In this document: one piece after another, positions 7,386 to 16,050 of the stretch | Position numbering within the stretch: the stretch's first letter is position 1 | How the letters are laid out: every line of letters begins with the position of its first letter | Source of the DNA: Candidatus Limnocylindrales bacterium | GTDB lineage: Bacteria; Chloroflexota; Limnocylindria; Limnocylindrales; CSP1-4 | Reading direction: 5' to 3' | Length of the DNA stretch: 53,909 bases | Assembly (NCBI GenBank): GCA_035701885.1 | Contig: DASSRG010000143.1 | Coordinates: forward strand, 1 to 53,909 | Notes under the pieces: generated by a model | Databases searched by the model: none | What the model was told of the DNA's origin: nothing | Seen by the model: only the letters and a program-made list of their open reading frames with translations | Program-made: the position numbers and the translations under genes

Positions 7386-9338
7386 CTAGCCGGCGTCGAC
7401 CCGCGCGACCGTGTACGGCGAGAGCTCCACGCGGAGCGCGCCGTCGACCGCCGTCCGCGGCTCCGCGGGTGCAGCGCGCCACCCTGCAGGGTCGGCCGTC
7501 GCGCGGCTCGCCGACAGCTGGTCGAGCACGCGGACGGTCGCCGATGTCCCGGGGATGCCGGCCAGGTCGACGACGACGGGTTCCGGCCGGAGGTTCGCGA
7601 CGAGCGCGTGGAGGCCATCGCCGCCGTCGACCGCGAACGCGTCCGCGGCGAGCGGCGCCGAGGATCGCGTGCGCCGGACGGCTGCACCTGCCCACTCACC
7701 GGCGTCGGCGAGGACGTGGTACAGCGGGAATGCCTGGCCGGGCACGGACGGGAACGCCGGATGCGGTGACCCATCGTCACGCTCGACGATCCCGCGCCAG
7801 CCGCTCGTCTCGTACCAGGTGACGCTCGACGCGCCGGCCTGCGCCAGCCGCCCGAGGGTGGCGGCTGTCCACGCGGCCCCGAGCAGCGACGCCTGGCGGA
7901 CGTCGACCGCCGGCGGCAACCCGCCCGGCGCCTGCGGACCGGCCGGGTAGGGGCCGTTCCTGGTCGCGATCGTGACCGGGCTGACGACGATCGGGCGGCC
8001 GTCCGCGAACGTCGCCGCCATCCGGACGACCTCGGCCGCCCCGGCGACGTTCTCGACGATCGACCGATCGTCGGCGGCGTGGACCGTTGGACACAGCGAG
8101 AAGCAGACCGCGCCGATCGCCGGGTCCGTCGGGCGGTCGCGGTTGATGTCGCTGAACGCCTGGTTCGTGCCTCCCGCGAACGGCACGGGGCCGGTCACCG
8201 GCTCGAGGTGCCGGCGCACGAGGGCGACGGTGGTGCCCGGCGTGCACCCGGACATCGCGCTGTAGCCGGCGATGCGCTGATAGACGAGGACGCGCGCCAC
8301 CGCGACGGGTGTCGTGCGGAGGCGCGCCGCCAGCGCCGCGAGCGCCTCGCCATCGGCGTCGTTGGCATGGACGGCGAGCTCGAGCGGAACGCCGATCGCC
8401 TCGGCGTCGGCGACCGCGCGGTCGAGCGTGGCGAGGTCGGACGGGTCGGCCGCCACCACGTCGACACGCAGGTGTGCCGGCCGCGCCGCCGCGATCAGGG
8501 CCGCCTCACGCGCCGTGAGCCGCTCACCGTGGCTCGCCTGTCCGAGGCCGATCGCCGGCATCCGGCCCAGCCGCTCCCCCACCTCGATCCGGACGGGGCC
8601 GGGCGCCGGCGCGGGCCGGGGGGTGCCCCGAAATGAGATCGTCAGCACCTGGCGTATCCGCTGGCCGTCCCTGGACGTGAACGGGAACCCGAGCGCGAGC
8701 GGCGTCGCGTAGGACTTGAAGTTCGCATCGGCCCAGTTGCGGTGGTCCTGGAGCTCGAGCAGGTCGCCTTCGAGCGAGACGACCGCCTCCAGGCCATCCC
8801 GGACCTCGATCGCGATCTCGCGGTACGGCTCGAACATCCCCGACAGCTTCCCGTCCACGATCCGCTGCGGGTCGATCTCGTCGGGGAGTGCACCGTCGCG
8901 GCTTCGGCCCTCCGCGTCGACGATCCGATACCTGTGCCCCACGCTGCCGTCGAGCGCGTGGTGCACGTTGAAGCCGATCTTCGAGTACTCGAACACGCCG
9001 TGACAGACGGCGTCCATCTCGTATCGGATCGTCCCGTCCGCGGCCCCGTCGATCCGGCCCGTCCAGCGCAGGTCGATCGCCTCGTGCGTGTGACGGGCGG
9101 CGAACGTCACGAGGAACGCGTCGTCGTCCTCGCGCACGCTCCAGTCCGAGAACACGCCGGGGATCGTGTTCCACGGCGCGTCCCGGACCGCCATGTACAC
9201 GCGCTGGACGAGCTCGGCATCGCCGACCCGCACCGCCCGCAGGTCGGCGCCGTCGAGCTCGACGAGCACGGGGCCCGCGCGCAGGAGCCGCGGCGCGGGG
9301 GCGGCGGGGCGGCCGGTGAGGATCGTCTCGGCGTCCAT
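7386..9338 (-). CDS. conserved hypothetical protein (650 aa), function unknown
   Basis: Long ORF with protein-like composition and GC3 bias, 10 nt downstream of the SDR stop. I recognised no catalytic motif. The middle part looks alpha/beta (possibly TIM-like) and the N- and C-terminal parts look beta-rich (my impression only). Confidence 0.7.
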   Translation of the reverse strand: MDAETILTGRPAAPAPRLLRAGPVLVELDGADLRAVRVGDAELVQRVYMAVRDAPWNTIPGVFSDWSVREDDDAFLVTFAARHTHEAIDLRWTGRIDGAADGTIRYEMDAVCHGVFEYSKIGFNVHHALDGSVGHRYRIVDAEGRSRDGALPDEIDPQRIVDGKLSGMFEPYREIAIEVRDGLEAVVSLEGDLLELQDHRNWADANFKSYATPLALGFPFTSRDGQRIRQVLTISFRGTPRPAPAPGPVRIEVGERLGRMPAIGLGQASHGERLTAREAALIAAARPAHLRVDVVAADPSDLATLDRAVADAEAIGVPLELAVHANDADGEALAALAARLRTTPVAVARVLVYQRIAGYSAMSGCTPGTTVALVRRHLEPVTGPVPFAGGTNQAFSDINRDRPTDPAIGAVCFSLCPTVHAADDRSIVENVAGAAEVVRMAATFADGRPIVVSPVTIATRNGPYPAGPQAPGGLPPAVDVRQASLLGAAWTAATLGRLAQAGASSVTWYETSGWRGIVERDDGSPHPAFPSVPGQAFPLYHVLADAGEWAGAAVRRTRSSAPLAADAFAVDGGDGLHALVANLRPEPVVVDLAGIPGTSATVRVLDQLSASRATADPAGWRAAPAEPRTAVDGALRVELSPYTVARVDAG

Positions 9339-9348
9339 GGGCTCCCCG

Positions 9349-10119
9349 CTAGAGCATCACCAGGCCGCCGGTGAAGTTGATCCCCTGCCCCGTCATGTAG
9401 GCGGCGGCGTCGGACAGCAGGAACCAGATCACGCCAGCGCACTCCTCGGCGGAGGCGCTGCGCCCGAGCGGGACGGTCTTCAGGCGCGCGGCGGACAGCT
9501 CCGCTGCGTCGAGGCCGCGCAGCGGCGCCACCGACTCCAGGACCGCGTCCTGCATGGGGGTGTCCACGATGCCGGGCAGGATCGCGTTGACCCGGACGCC
9601 GCGCGGCGCGAGCGCATACGCGAACGAGCGGGTGACGCCGAGCGCCGCCGTCTTGGTCATCGAGTACGGGGCGACCTCGACGGTCCCGGCGGCCTTTGCG
9701 GAGCTCGACGACAGGTTGACGATGGCGCCGCCCTCGGGCATCGACCGCCCGATCCCCTGGCACAGGAAGAACATGGAGTCGACGTTGACCGCCCAGATCC
9801 GCTTCCACTCGTCCAGGCCCACGTCCCAGATCGGCTTGACGAACAGGATCCCGGCGGCGTTGACGAGGTAGTGCACCCCCTGGCCCGCCTCGATCACCGA
9901 CGCCCGCCCTTGCTCGGTGGACAGATCCGCGGCGAGCGGTGTCGCACCGGCGTCCACCACGCGGGCGAGGCCGGGCTCATTGATGTCGACGGCGAGGACG
10001 CGGGCGCCCTCGGCGAGGAGCCGCAGCGCCGTCGCCTGCCCGATCCCGCTCGCGGCGCCCGTGACGACGGCCAGCCGGCCCGCCGCCTCGCCGCTCGCCG
10101 CGGGTTGCGGCGCGTTCAC
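9349..10119 (-). CDS. SDR family oxidoreductase
   Basis: VTGAASGIGQA and YSMTK. GTG start 10119 forms a GTGA overlap with the VOC gene stop. Paralogue of 2978..3730. Confidence 0.9.
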   Translation of the reverse strand: MNAPQPAASGEAAGRLAVVTGAASGIGQATALRLLAEGARVLAVDINEPGLARVVDAGATPLAADLSTEQGRASVIEAGQGVHYLVNAAGILFVKPIWDVGLDEWKRIWAVNVDSMFFLCQGIGRSMPEGGAIVNLSSSSAKAAGTVEVAPYSMTKTAALGVTRSFAYALAPRGVRVNAILPGIVDTPMQDAVLESVAPLRGLDAAELSAARLKTVPLGRSASAEECAGVIWFLLSDAAAYMTGQGINFTGGLVML

Positions 10120-10592
10120 CCGGCCGCCGCCGCGTCGGGCTTCGGGTCCGGCTTCTGGAACAGCTCGACGTAATACCCATCCGGGTCGGCCACGTACGCG
10201 CTCTTCGCGCCGGCGTTCGGCCCCGCGGTGAGGTAGGTGATGCCGTCATGGCGGGCCCGGAACCCGAGGCCGACGAGCCGGTCATACAGCGCCTGGACAT
10301 CGTCGACGTACAGCGCGAGGTGGCCGGCGCCGTAGTCGCACGGCCGGGACGCCGCCGACAGCTGCTCGATCCCGTGGTACTCGAGCAGCTCCACGAAGCC
10401 GCCGCCGGGGACACGGAAGTACACGCACCGGATGTGGTCGAACTCGAGGTTCAGGACCTCGCGCAGGTACGGCGCGTCGAGGATCCGGTCGAACTCCATC
10501 TCGAGCTCGAGGCCGTCGCGGTAGAACGCGAGCGACCGCTCCATGTCGCTGACGGTGATGCCGCCGTGGAAGTAGCCGGTGACGTGGCCCAC
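10116..10592 (-). CDS. VOC (glyoxalase/bleomycin resistance/dioxygenase) family protein
   Basis: 158 aa. HGGITVSDMERSLAFYRDGLELEM is typical of the VOC beta-alpha-beta-beta-beta module. A second half-module follows (GHLALYVDDVQALYDRL ... DPDGYYVELF). Confidence 0.7.
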   Translation of the reverse strand: MGHVTGYFHGGITVSDMERSLAFYRDGLELEMEFDRILDAPYLREVLNLEFDHIRCVYFRVPGGGFVELLEYHGIEQLSAASRPCDYGAGHLALYVDDVQALYDRLVGLGFRARHDGITYLTAGPNAGAKSAYVADPDGYYVELFQKPDPKPDAAAAG

Positions 10593-10713
10593 GAGGTCCT
10601 CGCTGAGTCGTGCTGGGGATGGAGGAGGATGCGCCGGCGCCGGGCACGGTCCGGCGCCCGCGGCGAGATGTTCGGCGTCGTGGCGGCGACCATGCGGTCG
10701 GCCGTCGCAAGGA

Positions 10714-11781
10714 TCAGGCGGTCTTCACCTGCTCCAGGACGCCGCTGTCCGCGCTGCGATAGGCGGCGTCGAGGATCTCGACCGTCCGCGCTCCGAGCTC
10801 GGCCGGCGAGTTGTTCGCGAACGGCCGGCCCATGCCGGCCTCCACGAGCGCGTCGATCGGGCCCTGGCAGTCGTACAGCCCGGCGTCCGCCTCGAGCGGC
10901 ACGCGGACATCGTCCTCCGGGCTGCGATACCGCCACAGCAGGTTCTCGCGCAGGTCGAGGTGGAACATCCCGGTCGAGCCGACGACGCGCACCTCGACCG
11001 CGTGCCGGTTGTTCGCCCCGCCGAGGTGGCTCGAGGCGCCGCTCATCGTCCCGATCGCGCCGTTCGTGTAGCGGAGCGCCACCGCGTCGTGGAGCTCGAC
11101 CTTCGCGCCGAGGGGCGCCGACATCAGCGCGAACACCTCCTTGCCGCGGAGCCCGGTGATCCACAGCGACACGCCGAGGAGGTGGGTGAGCTGCGCCTGG
11201 CCGTAGCCGCCGCCCGACGTCTCGGGCCGGGACCACGTGTCCGGCTGCGGGATGTACTCAGGCGCCGACTGCGGATAGGCGCCGGTCTCGGACAGGAGCT
11301 CGCGGGTCACGGAATCCATGTGCAGCGCGACGTGCTCGATCTCGCCGACGCCGCCCTCGTCCTGCATCATCCGATGGGCCTGGACCACCATCGGCCGGTA
11401 GTTCCAGCCGTAGCTCAGGATCAGTGCCTTGCCGGTTCGCTGCGCCGTGGCGTCGAGGTCCCAGGCATCGGCCGGGTCGATCGTGAACGGCTTCTCGCAC
11501 ATCACGTGCGCGCCGGCCTCGAGCGCGGCCTTCGTCTGGACGTGGTGGTATCCGGGCGGGCTCCCGACGACGACGATGTCGGGCTTCGCGTCGATGACGT
11601 CCTGCCAGTCGGTGGTCGCGTCCTTGAAGCCGAAGTTGTTCCTGATCTTCGTGAGCAGCTCCGGGTTGCGGCGGTTCACGATCGTGAACTCGACCTCGTC
11701 GGCGTGCCGCTGCAGGTTCGGCAGGTGCGAGGAGACCGTCCAGGATCCGGCCCCGATCACGCCGAGGCGGAGCTTCGCCAT
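10714..11781 (-). CDS. Gfo/Idh/MocA family oxidoreductase
   Basis: Rossmann N-terminus LRLGVIGAGSW and EKP motif (VMCEKPF). Block SGGGYGQAQLTH is shared with the paralogues at 34304..35383 and 42176..43273. Confidence 0.85.
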   Translation of the reverse strand: MAKLRLGVIGAGSWTVSSHLPNLQRHADEVEFTIVNRRNPELLTKIRNNFGFKDATTDWQDVIDAKPDIVVVGSPPGYHHVQTKAALEAGAHVMCEKPFTIDPADAWDLDATAQRTGKALILSYGWNYRPMVVQAHRMMQDEGGVGEIEHVALHMDSVTRELLSETGAYPQSAPEYIPQPDTWSRPETSGGGYGQAQLTHLLGVSLWITGLRGKEVFALMSAPLGAKVELHDAVALRYTNGAIGTMSGASSHLGGANNRHAVEVRVVGSTGMFHLDLRENLLWRYRSPEDDVRVPLEADAGLYDCQGPIDALVEAGMGRPFANNSPAELGARTVEILDAAYRSADSGVLEQVKTA

Positions 11782-11890
11782 GTGCGCCTGACCCCTTTCG
11801 GTGCCGCCCGGGTTTGGGCGATGGTGCGGCCCGTTCCCCTCGCCGGCTCCGTTGACGGCGGTGACGGGCCGCCGCTACGATGCCGCCGGG

Positions 11891-11904
11891 TGGAAACGTT
11901 TGTG
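11891..11904. promoter_or_regulatory. LacI-type operator-like palindrome (TGGAAACGTTTGTG)
   Basis: Perfect AAACGTTT core in the 191-bp divergent region between the Gfo gene and the enolase-family gene. It fits the TGnAAnCGnTTnCA type of consensus. Confidence 0.45.
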
Positions 11905-11972
11905 GGTACGGTTACGCTACCGCAGCCGCTCCCCGACCGCAACCCGTCACGCAGTCCCCTCGGAGGTACCCG

Positions 11973-13118
11973 GTGAGCAAGGTCGCGACCGTCGAAGCCA
12001 TCCCGGTGTCCTACCCGGAGCCGAACGACTTCAACGCCCTGCGGCACCTGTGCCTCGTGAAGATCACCACCGACGACGGCGTCGTGGGCTGGGGCGAGTC
12101 CATCACCCAGTTCCCGGAGGCCAACTTCGCGGTCAAGGCGATCATCGAGGGCATGTCGGAGCGGGTCGTCGGCAAGGACCCGCTGGACAACGTGGCGATC
12201 TGGCACTCGCTCCGCGACCAGGCGTGGTGGTACGGCTACGGCGGCGGGATCGCCTCGTACGCGGTCGCGGCGATCGACATCGCCCTGTGGGACATCAAGG
12301 GCAAGCTGCTCAACGTGCCCGTGCTCCAGCTGCTCGGCGGCGCGGTCCACGAGCGGCTCCCGGCCGTCGCGTCGTGCCACGCGCACTACGAGGACATCGA
12401 CCGGATGGTCGAGGAGGCCCAGGAGTGGGTCGCGCCCGGGCTCCACGGCGTGAAGGTGGGCTTCGGCAAGCGGGGCAACGCGCGGCTCGGCTACGAGCAC
12501 GATCGCGACGTCGAGTACATCCGCAAGATGCGGGCGGGCCTCGGCGACGACCAGATGATCATGATCGACTGCGGCTGGAACGTGAAGTGGGACGTCACGA
12601 CCGCGGTCCGTCGGGTCCAGGCGTTCGACGAGTACAACCTCCACTGGATCGAGGAGCCGCTGGGCGCCTGGGATCCGGAGGGATACGCGAACCTCCGCTC
12701 GAAGACGACCGCGCTCATCGCGTACGGCGAGAAGGAGTGGAACCTCGACGGCTTCGAGCGCGTGCTCGGCACGGGCACGGTCGATGTCGTGGGCATCGAC
12801 CCCGGGCGCGCCGAGGGCCTGACGGGCTTCAAGCGGGCGTCCGAGCGGATCGAGTTCTACCGCCGCCAGGCGAACGCCCATTGCTGGTCGTCGGCGATCG
12901 TGACCGCCGCGAGCCACGCGATGAGCTTCAGCTCGCCGGCGTTCAAGCTCATCGAGGTCAAGCCGCTCACCAACCCGATGCAGCACGAGCTCGTCACGGA
13001 GCCGATCGCGCACGAGGACGGCTGGTTCACCCCGCCGACGAAGCCCGGCCTGGGGATCGAGGTCATCGACGAGGTCGTCGACCGCTACCGCAGCGAGAAG
13101 GTCCTCGGCAGGGCCTGA
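11973..13118 (+). CDS. enolase superfamily (mandelate racemase/muconate lactonizing enzyme-like) sugar-acid dehydratase candidate
   Basis: GTG 11973 (GGAGG upstream) inside ORF 11880..13118. Motifs AAIDIALWDIKGK, IDCGW, WIEEPL, AYGEKEW and NAHCWSS fit the metal-ligand and His-Asp layout of the MR subgroup. Paralogue at 35380..36510. Confidence 0.8.
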   Translation: MSKVATVEAIPVSYPEPNDFNALRHLCLVKITTDDGVVGWGESITQFPEANFAVKAIIEGMSERVVGKDPLDNVAIWHSLRDQAWWYGYGGGIASYAVAAIDIALWDIKGKLLNVPVLQLLGGAVHERLPAVASCHAHYEDIDRMVEEAQEWVAPGLHGVKVGFGKRGNARLGYEHDRDVEYIRKMRAGLGDDQMIMIDCGWNVKWDVTTAVRRVQAFDEYNLHWIEEPLGAWDPEGYANLRSKTTALIAYGEKEWNLDGFERVLGTGTVDVVGIDPGRAEGLTGFKRASERIEFYRRQANAHCWSSAIVTAASHAMSFSSPAFKLIEVKPLTNPMQHELVTEPIAHEDGWFTPPTKPGLGIEVIDEVVDRYRSEKVLGRA

Positions 13119-13161
13119 CCAACTCCCGTCACGGACATACCGCACACGCAGGGAGGCAACG

Positions 13162-13929
13162 ATGAGCTGGAGCGTCGGCGCAGGCCTGGAGGGGAAGGGC
13201 GTCATCGTCACGGGGGCCGCCGGCGGCATCGGCCGCGCGGTCACCGAGGCGTTCGCCACGACGGGGGCGCGGGTGATGGCCGTGGACGTGGACCAGGCGA
13301 AGGTCGACGAGGTCGTCGCGGGACTGGAGGGAAGCGGCCACGTCGGTGTCGCGGCTGACCTCCGTGACATCGGCTCGCATCCGGCGCTCGTCGCGCGAGC
13401 CCGCGCGGAGCTGGGCAACCTGTACGTCCTCGCCAACCTCGCCGCGGTGCTGCGGCGAAAGGGCTCGCTCGACGAGGTGACCGAGGACGACTGGGACTTC
13501 CAGCACGACGTGAATCTCAAGGCCGCGTTCTTCCTCGCGAGGGCGGCCGGCGACGCGATGATCGAACAGGGCCAGGGCGGCCGGATCATCCTGTTCAGCT
13601 CGCAGGGGTGGTGGACCGGCGGGTTCGGCGGCTCGGTCGCCTATGCGGCCACGAAGGGCGGCGTGACCTCGATGTGCCGCGGCCTCGCCCGCACGTTCGG
13701 CCCCCACCAGATCACGGTGAACTGCGTGTCGCCGGGCCAGGTCAACACCCCGATGCTGCTCACGGGCCTATCCCCGGAGGTCTACGAGGGGATGAAGAAG
13801 CAGACGCCGCTCGGATACGTCGCGGAGCCCGCCGAGATGGCCGGGCCGGTCGTGTTCCTCGCGTCCGACCACGCGAAGTACATCACCGGGTCCACGATCA
13901 ACGCCTCCGGCGGCTTCCTGATGTACTGA
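13162..13929 (+). CDS. SDR family oxidoreductase
   Basis: VTGAAGGIGRA and YAATK. C-terminal ITGSTINASGG. Confidence 0.9.
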   Translation: MSWSVGAGLEGKGVIVTGAAGGIGRAVTEAFATTGARVMAVDVDQAKVDEVVAGLEGSGHVGVAADLRDIGSHPALVARARAELGNLYVLANLAAVLRRKGSLDEVTEDDWDFQHDVNLKAAFFLARAAGDAMIEQGQGGRIILFSSQGWWTGGFGGSVAYAATKGGVTSMCRGLARTFGPHQITVNCVSPGQVNTPMLLTGLSPEVYEGMKKQTPLGYVAEPAEMAGPVVFLASDHAKYITGSTINASGGFLMY

Positions 13930-13935
13930 GGCCGC

Positions 13936-14967
13936 GTGACCACGATGCGCGCCGCGGAGATCGCGGCGCCGGGCGCGCCGCTGCGGCTCGTCGACCGGCC
14001 CGTACCCGAGCCCGGGCCCGGAGAGGTCCGGGTTCGCGTCCAGGCATGCGGCGTGTGCGGCTCGGACGTGTTCCTGCAGAAGGGCGGGTTCGGTGACGCC
14101 GTGACGTGGCCGGTGATCCCCGGCCACGAGGCCGCCGGCGTGGTGGATGCGCTCGGCGACGGGGTGACGGCGGTCGCGGTCGGCGAGCAGGTCGCGCTGT
14201 ACTACATCACGGTGCCGGCCGGCGACCCGTGGGCGGCCCGCGGCCGGCCGAACATCAGCCCGCACGTGACCCGCATGGGCGTCGACGTGGACGGCGCGTT
14301 CGCCGAGTTCGTGATCCGGCCGGTCGAGGCACTGGTCCGCCCGCCCTCCCCCGTCCCCCCGGAGGTCCTGGCCGTCCTCACCGACGCGGTGGCGACGCCG
14401 CTCCACGGCCTCAAGCGCGTCGCGAGGCTGCAGCCCGGGGAGACGCTGGTGGTCCTCGGGGTCGGCGGGCTGGGCTCCAACGCCGTCCAGCTGGGCAAGG
14501 CGATGGGTGCGCGGGTCATCGCCGTGACACGGTCGGAGGCGAAGCTGGCCCTCGCGCGGAGGCTGGGCGCGGACGAGACGGTGGCGGCGGACGAGGGCGA
14601 CGTCGTGGCCACCGTGCGCGAGATCGCGGGCGGGTACGGCGCGGACGTGGTGATCCAGTGCGTGGGCTCGGCCGCGGTCGACGAGCAGGCGATCGCGATG
14701 GGCGGGCCGGGCGGCCGGGTCGTCCTGATCGGCAGCTCGCTCGACCAGTTCCGGGCTCGCGCGGTCGACATCTTCTGGCGTGAGCTGTCGGTGCTGGGTT
14801 CGCGCGGCTTCGTCCCGGACGACATCCGCGACGCGATCGGGCTCTATCTCGACGGGACGCTCCGGGTCGAACACCTTGTGGACAACGTCCGGCCGCTCGA
14901 CGAGGCGAACGACGCGCTCGAGGACCTCAAGGCCGGCCGGGGCTTCCGGACCGTGCTGACGACCTGA
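13936..14967 (+). CDS. zinc-dependent alcohol dehydrogenase (MDR) family protein
   Basis: CGVCGSD and PGHEAAG zinc-ligand motifs. GVGGLG nucleotide-binding motif. 343 aa. Confidence 0.85.
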   Translation: MTTMRAAEIAAPGAPLRLVDRPVPEPGPGEVRVRVQACGVCGSDVFLQKGGFGDAVTWPVIPGHEAAGVVDALGDGVTAVAVGEQVALYYITVPAGDPWAARGRPNISPHVTRMGVDVDGAFAEFVIRPVEALVRPPSPVPPEVLAVLTDAVATPLHGLKRVARLQPGETLVVLGVGGLGSNAVQLGKAMGARVIAVTRSEAKLALARRLGADETVAADEGDVVATVREIAGGYGADVVIQCVGSAAVDEQAIAMGGPGGRVVLIGSSLDQFRARAVDIFWRELSVLGSRGFVPDDIRDAIGLYLDGTLRVEHLVDNVRPLDEANDALEDLKAGRGFRTVLTT

Positions 14968-15985
14968 TCCCGTCTGCCCTGGGCGCGGTCGCCGAGGCCC
15001 GGACGACGAGCTCCGGCGCGTCCGGGACGACCTCCTGGGCGATCGGCTTGCCGCTGATCGCCTCGACCAGCATCGCGGTCGCGAGCTCGCCCATCCGGCT
15101 CATCGGCATCCGGACGGCGGTCAGCGGCGGGTCGAGGTGGTCGAGCAGCGGATGGTCGTCCATCGTGACGATCGACACGTCCGTCGGCACGCGGACGCCG
15201 GCGGATCGAGCCGCCGTGAGCAGGCCCAGCGCAGTCGGCAGGCTCACGGTGTAGACCGCGGTCGGTCGTTCGTCCCCGGGCAGCGCGAGCAGCTCTGCGC
15301 CGAGCGCGGCGGAGGTCCGTTCCGTGAAGTCGCCCGCGCGCACCCACGCATCGCGGACTGGCAGCCCTGCTTCGGCCATCGCATCCCGGTAGCCGGCCTC
15401 GCGCCGGCGGCCGACGTCGGTGTCGCGACGCCCCCCGAGGAACCCGACGCGCCGGTGTCCCAGCGCGACGAGGTGACGCACCGCGAGCCGGCTGCCTTCG
15501 GCGTCGTCCATCGTCACCGAGCCGGCGACGGTGCCCGTCTGGCTGTTGACCGCGACGAACGGGAGCGCCTCCGACGCGATCTGGTCGACGAGCTCGTCGT
15601 GGACACGGGCGAACGCGACGAGCATCCCGTCCACGCGGCGCTCGAGGACGAGCCGGCCGAGCTGCTCCGGATCGAGGGTGGGGCCGTGGGCATCCGCGAC
15701 GACGACGAGGTAGTCCCGCGCGGCCGCCGCACGCTCGACACCCCGCAGCATCTCGAGCCACATGACGTTCTGGGGGTCGGGAAGGAACACGGCGAGGGTG
15801 CCGCTGCGCCGCGTCCGCAGTCCTCGTGCGGCGCCGTTTGGCCGGTAGGACAGCGCCGATGCCGCGGCCTGGACGCGCGCCCGGGTCTCCGGTCGCACGA
15901 CGAGCGCCGGATCGGCGCGGAGCACGCGCGCGGCCGTCGCGACGCTGACTTCCGCTCGTGCCGCGACGTCCTTCAGCGTTGCCAT
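14927..15985 (-). CDS. LacI family transcriptional regulator
   Basis: ATG 15985 (MATLKDVAARAEVSVATAARVL HTH) inside ORF 14927..16114. The 3' end overlaps the convergent ADH gene by 41 nt. Confidence 0.85.
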   Translation of the reverse strand: MATLKDVAARAEVSVATAARVLRADPALVVRPETRARVQAAASALSYRPNGAARGLRTRRSGTLAVFLPDPQNVMWLEMLRGVERAAAARDYLVVVADAHGPTLDPEQLGRLVLERRVDGMLVAFARVHDELVDQIASEALPFVAVNSQTGTVAGSVTMDDAEGSRLAVRHLVALGHRRVGFLGGRRDTDVGRRREAGYRDAMAEAGLPVRDAWVRAGDFTERTSAALGAELLALPGDERPTAVYTVSLPTALGLLTAARSAGVRVPTDVSIVTMDDHPLLDHLDPPLTAVRMPMSRMGELATAMLVEAISGKPIAQEVVPDAPELVVRASATAPRADGIRSSARSGSPGRP

Positions 15986-16004
15986 CCGCCGATCCTGATC
16001 GCTC

Positions 16005-16032
16005 TTGACACGCCTCGCACGGCTGTTATCGT
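16005..16032 (+). promoter_or_regulatory. candidate promoter of the permease/SBP/ATPase/rhaM... operon
   Basis: TTGACA (16005..16010), a 16-nt spacer, then TATCGT (16027..16032). It overlaps the operator-like 14-mer. Confidence 0.35.
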
Positions 16033-16040
16033 TTCCAGCG
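16027..16040. promoter_or_regulatory. LacI-type operator-like site (TATCGTTTCCAGCG)
   Basis: Identical 14-mer to 6134..6147. Part of an imperfect palindrome GCTGTTATCGTTTCCAGC, located between the LacI gene (15985) and the ABC operon. Confidence 0.45.
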
Positions 16041-16050
16041 CGGTGTATCG

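Noticed and set aside
11757-13589. 610-aa minus-strand ORF antisense to the enolase-family and SDR genes
   Set aside because: Junk-like composition and no motifs. The sense genes carry conserved enolase-superfamily and SDR signatures.
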